Assembly: GCA_963819655.1 (NCBI GenBank)
Contig: CAWFXA010000001.1
Span: 288,001-352,000, forward strand
Direction: 5' to 3'
Source of the DNA: an uncultured Chloroflexia bacterium
Lineage (GTDB): Bacteria > Chloroflexota > Limnocylindria > Limnocylindrales > CSP1-4
Length of the DNA stretch: 64,000 bases
Shown here piece after piece: positions 58,537-64,000 of this stretch. Position numbers and translations under genes: made by a program. The notes under the pieces are model-generated. The model searched no databases. It saw only the letters and a program-made list of their open reading frames with translations, and was not told the origin of the DNA. The number at the start of each line of letters is the position of its first letter. The first letter of the stretch is position 1.

Positions 58537-58585
58537 TTGACGCGATATTCCATTCGATTATAGTAATTCACGTGACACGAACTAT
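58537..58585 (+). promoter_or_regulatory. Sigma70-like promoter of the marR-MFS operon with probable MarR operator
   Basis: TTGACG (58537-58542), 16 bp, TATAGT (58559-58564), 7 nt before the GTG; ATAGT..TTC..GAA.CTAT dyad; AT-rich. Confidence 0.65.
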
Positions 58586-59162
58586 CGCACCCCAGCGACC
58601 CACGCCGTCCGTGGCTCCCACGTCGTCGCGCGACCCGTACGCCCCCATCATCGCCGACTTCCAGGCAGCGATGACGATGATGAGGTGCGCGTCGAGCGAG
58701 CGGGTGCTCCGGCTCGGCATCAGCGTCGCCCAACTCCATATCCTGTACACGCTGAGGCGGAACGGCCAGATGCCGATGAGCCGCCTCGCCGAGGTGCTGA
58801 ACGTCTCCCTTTCGAATGCGACCGGTCTCATCGACCGGATCGAGGAGCGAGGATTCGTCGACCGCACGCGCGTCCCGGAGGACCGCCGGATCGTCCTGAT
58901 CCGGGTCACCGAGGCCGGCGAGCGGATGCTCACTGAGATCGACGCCCTGAGCGATGAGCTGCTGCGCTCGGTCCTCGGGCACCTCGATCGATCGAAGCTT
59001 GCGGGTGTCGGCCAGGCGGTCGCCGCGCTGCGCGACGCACTCGGTGTCGCGACCGGGAGCGAGGCGGCGGATCGCCACAGCGGCTCCATCCCCTCTCCAC
59101 GATCCTCGTCGACCCTCCGGGGTGTCGAGCGCCCGACCCAGACACACCCACAGAAGGACTGA
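58572..59162 (+). CDS. MarR-family transcriptional regulator
   Basis: ISVAQLHIL, MSRLAEVLNVSLSNATGLIDRIEERGFV, DRR, TEAG. Confidence 0.92.
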   Translation: MTRTIAPQRPTPSVAPTSSRDPYAPIIADFQAAMTMMRCASSERVLRLGISVAQLHILYTLRRNGQMPMSRLAEVLNVSLSNATGLIDRIEERGFVDRTRVPEDRRIVLIRVTEAGERMLTEIDALSDELLRSVLGHLDRSKLAGVGQAVAALRDALGVATGSEAADRHSGSIPSPRSSSTLRGVERPTQTHPQKD

Positions 59163-59166
59163 CCTC

Positions 59167-60852
59167 ATGGAATCTTTCCCCGACGCGAACGGGCGAGGGC
59201 CCACGCTCGCCGAGGACCCGGCACTCGGGCTGAGCCACCGCGCGAAGATGGAGATCCTCTTCGCAGTCTTGCTCGGTCTGTTCCTGGGTGCACTCGATCA
59301 GACGATCGTCGGCCCCGCGCTCCCGACGGTCGTGACCGAACTCTCCGGCAACGACCTCTATGTCTGGGCCGTGACGATCTACCTGCTCACGAGCACGATC
59401 AGCGTCCCGTTCTGGGGCAAGCTGTCCGATCTGTATGGGCGCAAGCCGATCTTCATGATCGGCATCAGCATCTTCCTCGTCGGCTCTGCCCTGTCCGGCC
59501 TGAGCCAGAACATGGAGATGCTCATCGTGTTCCGCGGGCTGCAGGGCATCGGCGCCGGCTCGCTGTTCCCGGTCGCATTGGCAGTCATCGGTGACCTGTT
59601 CACTCCGGCCGAACGTGGCAAGTACCAGGGCCTGTTCGGAGCCGTCTTCGGCATCGCCTTCATCGTCGGCCCGCTGGTCGGCGGCTTCCTCACCGAACAG
59701 ATCAGCTGGCATTGGATCTTCTACGTCAACATCCCGATCGGCCTGGTCTCATTGTTCTTCATCAATCGGCTGCTGCCGACCGTGAAGAACCCACGGGCGA
59801 CGCGGAACTTCGATGTCCTCGGTGGCGTGATCTTCACCGTCGCGATCTCGTTCCTGCTCGTCGGGTTGACGAACAAGCAGTTCGGCGAGTGGACTGACAC
59901 GACGGTCGGTGGATTCATCCTCGTGGGTCTGATCGGCACGGTCCTGTTCGTCCTCGCAGAAGCGCGGGCCAAGGAGCCGATCATCCCACTCAGCCTGTTC
60001 AGGATCCGGACCTACACGACGTCGATGATCGCGACGTTCTTCGCCAGCTTCGCGTTCTTCGGGGCGATCATCTTCCTGCCGCGCTGGTTCCAGATCGTCG
60101 AGGGTTTCAGCCCGACGAACTCCGGTCTCGCGGCACTGCCGCTGATGGTCGGACTGATCGCCAGCTCGATCGGCTCGGGCCTGATCGTGGCGCGGACCGG
60201 TCGCTACAAGTGGCTCCTCGTCGGAGCGATCGTCCTGATGGGCGTGTCGAGTGCGCTGATGACGCAATTGACGGCGACGACTCCGCTCGCGCTGGTCTGG
60301 TTCTGGATGTTCCTGTCCGGCCTCGGCGTCGGCCCGACGTTCTCGGTCTTCACGATCGTCGTGCAGAACGCCGTGCCCTTCCACGAGCTCGGCGTCGCGA
60401 CCAGCAACCTGACGTTCTTCCGCCAGATCGGCGGCACGGTCGCGCTCGCCATCGTGGGCACCATCTTCGGGACCACGTTCACGGAGCAGATGGCGCCGCA
60501 ACTCGCCGCCGCTGGCGTGCCTGCCCAGGTGGTCCAGGGCTTCACCCAGGCCAGCAATAGTGGTCAGCTGGACTTCAACCAGCTGACGGGCGTCGGTGAT
60601 CTCGGCGCGACGATCCTGGCCAGCATCCCGGCCGAGGCCAGGCCGTTCATCGAGCCGTACATCGCCAACATCGTGGCCGGCATCCATCAGGCGTTCAGCC
60701 TGGGCGTCGCACAGACGTTCTGGATCGGCGTCGCGGCGGCGATCGTCGCGGCCCTGGCGGCCGCCGGGATGCAGGAGCTGAGGCTCCGTACGTCAGCGGC
60801 GCCCGCTCCTGAGGCACGGCCTCGACTCACGAGTGCACCGGCGGCCGACTGA
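59167..60852 (+). CDS. DHA2/EmrB-type MFS multidrug efflux transporter
   Basis: LDQTIV, GKLSDLYGRK, RGLQGIG, GPLVGG, WIFYVNIPIG; 14 TM. Confidence 0.93.
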   Translation: MESFPDANGRGPTLAEDPALGLSHRAKMEILFAVLLGLFLGALDQTIVGPALPTVVTELSGNDLYVWAVTIYLLTSTISVPFWGKLSDLYGRKPIFMIGISIFLVGSALSGLSQNMEMLIVFRGLQGIGAGSLFPVALAVIGDLFTPAERGKYQGLFGAVFGIAFIVGPLVGGFLTEQISWHWIFYVNIPIGLVSLFFINRLLPTVKNPRATRNFDVLGGVIFTVAISFLLVGLTNKQFGEWTDTTVGGFILVGLIGTVLFVLAEARAKEPIIPLSLFRIRTYTTSMIATFFASFAFFGAIIFLPRWFQIVEGFSPTNSGLAALPLMVGLIASSIGSGLIVARTGRYKWLLVGAIVLMGVSSALMTQLTATTPLALVWFWMFLSGLGVGPTFSVFTIVVQNAVPFHELGVATSNLTFFRQIGGTVALAIVGTIFGTTFTEQMAPQLAAAGVPAQVVQGFTQASNSGQLDFNQLTGVGDLGATILASIPAEARPFIEPYIANIVAGIHQAFSLGVAQTFWIGVAAAIVAALAAAGMQELRLRTSAAPAPEARPRLTSAPAAD

Positions 60853-60872
60853 CCTCGCACCGCTCCTCCTCC

Positions 60873-60910
60873 ACGCCCCCGGTGGTTTCGCCGCCGGGGG
60901 CGTTCCTCGT
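60873..60910 (+). terminator. Intrinsic terminator
   Basis: ACGCCCCCGGTGG-TTTCG-CCGCCGGGGGCGT then TCCTCGTT. Confidence 0.65.
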
Positions 60911-60930
60911 TCCCGGCTAGGATTCGCTCG

Positions 60931-61422
60931 ATGCCTCCGGTCCCCGCTCCGTTCCCCGCTCCGTTCCCGCCCCGGCTCCAGGCGGTCGGGACCGTCGACG
61001 CGCCCTATCGGCCGATGCTCGATGTCGCCGACCTGCCCGAGGGCTCGATGCGCCGAGTGACGGTCGGCGAGCTCGACGTGCTGCTGGCCCACACCGAACG
61101 CGGGGTCTTCGCGACCGACGATCGCTGCCCTCACATGTCCGCGCCGCTATCGATCGGCGAGCTCGACGGTTGCATCGTCGCCTGCCCACTCCACGACGGT
61201 CGGTTCGACCTCGTGAGCGGCGACACCGCGCAGATGCCGACCACGGGTGGACTCGATGCGGACGGGGTCTACCACCCGACCTGGTCACCGGCCGGAAGGG
61301 ACCCCAAGGTCGACCCGCCCGGCAAGAAGGCTGAGGCTCGCCGGCTCACGCGCGTCCGTCGGTTTCGCTACTACCCGGTGCGGGTGGTGGATGGGGTCAT
61401 CGAGGTGGCGCTGCCGGTCTAG
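60931..61422 (+). CDS. Rieske [2Fe-2S] ferredoxin with C-terminal insertion
   Basis: DRCPHMSAPL and ACPLHDGRFD. Confidence 0.88.
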   Translation: MPPVPAPFPAPFPPRLQAVGTVDAPYRPMLDVADLPEGSMRRVTVGELDVLLAHTERGVFATDDRCPHMSAPLSIGELDGCIVACPLHDGRFDLVSGDTAQMPTTGGLDADGVYHPTWSPAGRDPKVDPPGKKAEARRLTRVRRFRYYPVRVVDGVIEVALPV

Positions 61423-61451
61423 GCGCCCCGCCCCGGACGAAGGCCGCGGCC

Positions 61452-61576
61452 GGTGTCAGTCTCAGTTGCAGATCCCGAATGAATGAGCACGGGCCAGATA
61501 CCGAGACTGCAGGTCGCTGCGATCTGGGCGATCGATCGTGCACGGCTGTGCGAAATGTGCATCTGGGGCTGACACC
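61452..61576. repeat. Intergenic inverted-repeat element or structured RNA candidate (26-nt arms, 73-nt spacer)
   Basis: GGTGTCAGTCTCAGTTGCAGATCCCG versus reverse complement GGTGTCAGCCCCAGATGCACATTTCG, 20/26; inner stems GCACG/CGTGC and CCAGAT/ATCTGG. Confidence 0.6.
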
Positions 61577-61584
61577 CCGGATCG

Positions 61585-61639
61585 AAAAGACCGGGACAGG
61601 CCCTCCGACTGGGGAGGCGGACAGGACCCGCCGTCCCGG
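61585..61639 (-). terminator. Branched intrinsic terminator of the LOG gene
   Basis: CCGGGAC..GTCCCGG outer stem enclosing two small hairpins, followed by TCTTTT. Confidence 0.55.
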
Positions 61640-61649
61640 CCCGCGGAGC

Positions 61650-62456
61650 CTAACTCTCCCCCTGCTCCACGTTCGTCGGCGGCTCGACCGCAGCGGCCGC
61701 CGCCCGGTGCCTCTCCTTGTACGTCCCGATGATCGTCACAGCCTCCTCGGGGTCATCGGTAAGCCGGAGCAGGTCGACGTCCTCGGGGTCGATCGCCGCC
61801 TCCTCGAGGAGCGAGCCGCGGATCCAGTCGATCATGCCGGTCCAGTAGTCGGTGCCCATGAGGATCACCGGGAAGTCCTGGACCTTCTTGGTCTGGATCA
61901 GCGTCAGCGCCTCGAACAGCTCATCGAGCGTCCCGTAGCCGCCCGGGAAGATCACGAACGCATCGGCGTACTTCACGAACATGACCTTGCGCGCGAAGAA
62001 GTAGCGGAATTCGACGCCGAGATCGACGTATGCGTTGAGCCCCTGCTCCATCGGCAGCTCGATGTTGCACCCGACCGACAGACCTCCGCCGTCCTGGCAG
62101 CCGCGATTGGCGGCCTCCATGATCCCGGGCCCGCCGCCGGTGATGACCGCGTAACCGGCCTTGGCGAGCCGCCGACCGAGCTCGCGCGCCTGGCTGTAGT
62201 AGCGATGGTCCGGCTTGGTCCGCGCGGATCCGAAGACGCTGACCGCCGGACCGACCCCGGCCAGCGCATCGAACCCGTCGACGAACTCGGACAGGATCCG
62301 CAGGGAGCGCCACGGGTCCGAGTCGAGAAACTCGGGGCGAGTCGGCCGCTCGAGAAGGGCTTCGTCCTCGGTGCGCGCCATCCTGCCGGCGAGGTGCGAC
62401 GCTTCAGGGCGGATCGTCAGGCGGCCGCTCCGGCGGCGATCGGGCTTGTCGGTCAC
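61650..62456 (-). CDS. LOG-family (TIGR00730) nucleotide phosphoribohydrolase
   Basis: VFGSAR, TGGGPGIMEA, FRYFFARKVMF, PGGYGTLDE. Confidence 0.92.
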   Translation of the reverse strand: MTDKPDRRRSGRLTIRPEASHLAGRMARTEDEALLERPTRPEFLDSDPWRSLRILSEFVDGFDALAGVGPAVSVFGSARTKPDHRYYSQARELGRRLAKAGYAVITGGGPGIMEAANRGCQDGGGLSVGCNIELPMEQGLNAYVDLGVEFRYFFARKVMFVKYADAFVIFPGGYGTLDELFEALTLIQTKKVQDFPVILMGTDYWTGMIDWIRGSLLEEAAIDPEDVDLLRLTDDPEEAVTIIGTYKERHRAAAAAVEPPTNVEQGES

Positions 62457-62498
62457 GATAGGAAGGATGCCACTCGACGACATGCATGAGAGGCCACG

Positions 62499-62684
62499 AT
62501 GCGCAGCCGACTGATCGCAGGGATCTTGCTCGCGCTGGTCGGGGCGGTATGGATCGGCCAGGGCCTCGGCCTGCTGCGCGGCTCCAGCTTCATGGTCGAT
62601 GACATTCGCTGGGCCGTGTTGGGAGCCGTGGTGCTGGTCGCCGGCGTCGTGCTCATCGTTGCCGCACGACGCCGACGGACCTGA
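62499..62684 (+). CDS. Small 2-TM membrane protein
   Basis: GAVWIGQGLGLLRGSSFM..W pattern; GAGG RBS. Confidence 0.7.
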   Translation: MRSRLIAGILLALVGAVWIGQGLGLLRGSSFMVDDIRWAVLGAVVLVAGVVLIVAARRRRT

Positions 62685-62697
62685 CCAGCGTCTGCGG

Positions 62698-64000
62698 CTA
62701 GGACAGGGTCATCGCCACGATGTCGGACCCTGGCTCGTCGTCCACCCACGTGCTGCCCACCAGCAGGAAGTGGCCATTGGTGGAGTCCTGGCGAAGAGTG
62801 ACCTCATCCAGGCGAGCGGTCCGTGGGACGCGCTCATTCGTCCAGAGGCCGCCGGCGTCCCTGACAAAGTGGCGGATCGAGCTGCGATCCTTGAAGACCA
62901 CGTGCACGGTCCCGTTGTCGAGATCCACTACCAGGGAGGCTGGGGCGATGTGGCTTGCCAGCCGCTTGACCTGCCAGGATCCGCCGGAATCCGTCGCGAA
63001 ATAGGTCCCGGGCCTGGGCATCGGTCGTTCTGTGTCGGCACAACCCCCGCCCGATGGCTGATGGGCCGCCCATGAGACATAGGCCTTGTTGTCCGGACCG
63101 AGAACCAGGTTCGGCCACGAGACCTGCATGCTGCGGCCGTCGAACACGGTTCGGGTCGAGAGTCGGCCATCCGCCCGCACGACGGCAAAGCGGAGCTTGT
63201 TGCCCGTCGAGAACGCGATCCGAGCGAGGCCATCGTCCCCGATCCGCAGCGATGTTTCGACCGCGCCCGGGATCGGCACCGAGCGGAAACGCGCGCCGGT
63301 CAGCCGGCCGTATGAGACGGGTCCCTGGCCATCCTCGGACACGAACGTCTCGTGGATCACGCCGTCCACGACGCGGAATGATTGCAAGCGGTCGCCGATG
63401 GCACCGATCCGCACGGGTGCCGACCAGGCGCCGTCGGGGAGCCGACGCGTTCGGTAGTACACGCCGACATCGGCGAGCCCATCGTCACCGCAGCCCCCGT
63501 CGGTCGGCCGGAGCCGGGTGAACGCCACATAGAGCGTCGATCCGTCCACCGCGACCTGGGGATCGACCTCGAAGCGGCGGGCCGGATGCCTGAGCGTCGT
63601 GGCGACCCAGGTTCGACCATCCTTCGACGTCGCGTAACGGATACCCATGCCACATCGGGCGACGACGTGGAAGCTGCCGGCACCATCGATGGTCGCGACG
63701 GGCGCCCAGCACGAACCATCGATGACCGTGCGGGCCTTGGACCACACGGCCGGCTTGACCACGGCTGGCGGCTTGGGAGTCGGTTTCGGCACAGGGTCCG
63801 CGACGACCGGCGCGGACGGCCCCGCGCTGCCGGGTGGTTCCGGCGACGGCTCCGGATCGACCGCTGCCGTCGAGGGCGACGGGACGCCGGGCGATGGGAG
63901 GGGAGGCGTTGCGTCGGGCGCCGACCCGCGGCCTGCGACGGCCGTCTGGCCGCCGCAGGCCGCAGTCATGACGACCGCCAGAAGGAGCAAGGTCGCCCGC
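62698..64000 (-). CDS. Secreted lipoprotein, probable beta-propeller; 5' end beyond window
   Basis: Lipobox-like TAAC, Pro-rich linker, Asp-box-like SKDGRTW and TDSGGSW repeats; frame open to the window edge. Confidence 0.72.
   Translation of the reverse strand, partial: RATLLLLAVVMTAACGGQTAVAGRGSAPDATPPLPSPGVPSPSTAAVDPEPSPEPPGSAGPSAPVVADPVPKPTPKPPAVVKPAVWSKARTVIDGSCWAPVATIDGAGSFHVVARCGMGIRYATSKDGRTWVATTLRHPARRFEVDPQVAVDGSTLYVAFTRLRPTDGGCGDDGLADVGVYYRTRRLPDGAWSAPVRIGAIGDRLQSFRVVDGVIHETFVSEDGQGPVSYGRLTGARFRSVPIPGAVETSLRIGDDGLARIAFSTGNKLRFAVVRADGRLSTRTVFDGRSMQVSWPNLVLGPDNKAYVSWAAHQPSGGGCADTERPMPRPGTYFATDSGGSWQVKRLASHIAPASLVVDLDNGTVHVVFKDRSSIRHFVRDAGGLWTNERVPRTARLDEVTLRQDSTNGHFLLVGSTWVDDEPGSDIVAMTLS

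Overview
High-GC bacterial chromosomal segment with about 58 protein genes and one tRNA-Gly(TCC). No CRISPR, rRNA, transposase or phage module was seen. Gene content and style (F420-type LLM oxidoreductases, ECF sigma plus TolB-like partner, Cys/His-LysM protein, many apparently leaderless genes) suggest Chloroflexota, possibly Limnocylindria-like; this is inference. Main blocks: CoA-transferase and amine catabolism (class III aminotransferase, aldehyde dehydrogenase); fabI; a metal/redox block (Nur-like Fur regulator, DsbB, TlpA, NiCoT permease, FTR1); an ABC exporter; a diguanylate cyclase; a Ser/Thr kinase; a glycogen cluster (glgA, glgP, two GH57, GntR, GH13); proline-racemase-family and lysA genes; Ni-SOD sodN-sodX; and MarR-MFS. 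The best candidate for an undescribed system is a tightly coupled four-gene operon at 47155-53020: HMG-aldolase-type RraA, D-Asp-ligase-like ATP-grasp, a beta-decarboxylating dehydrogenase with altered substrate residues, and a Wzx-type flippase fused to a cyanophycin-synthetase-like ATP-grasp domain. Other leads: a three-way-junction RNA that would hide the aminotransferase RBS, two unrelated ~125-nt inverted-repeat elements with the same geometry, and pervasive leaderless promoters. All calls come from reading motifs by eye; no database searches were run.
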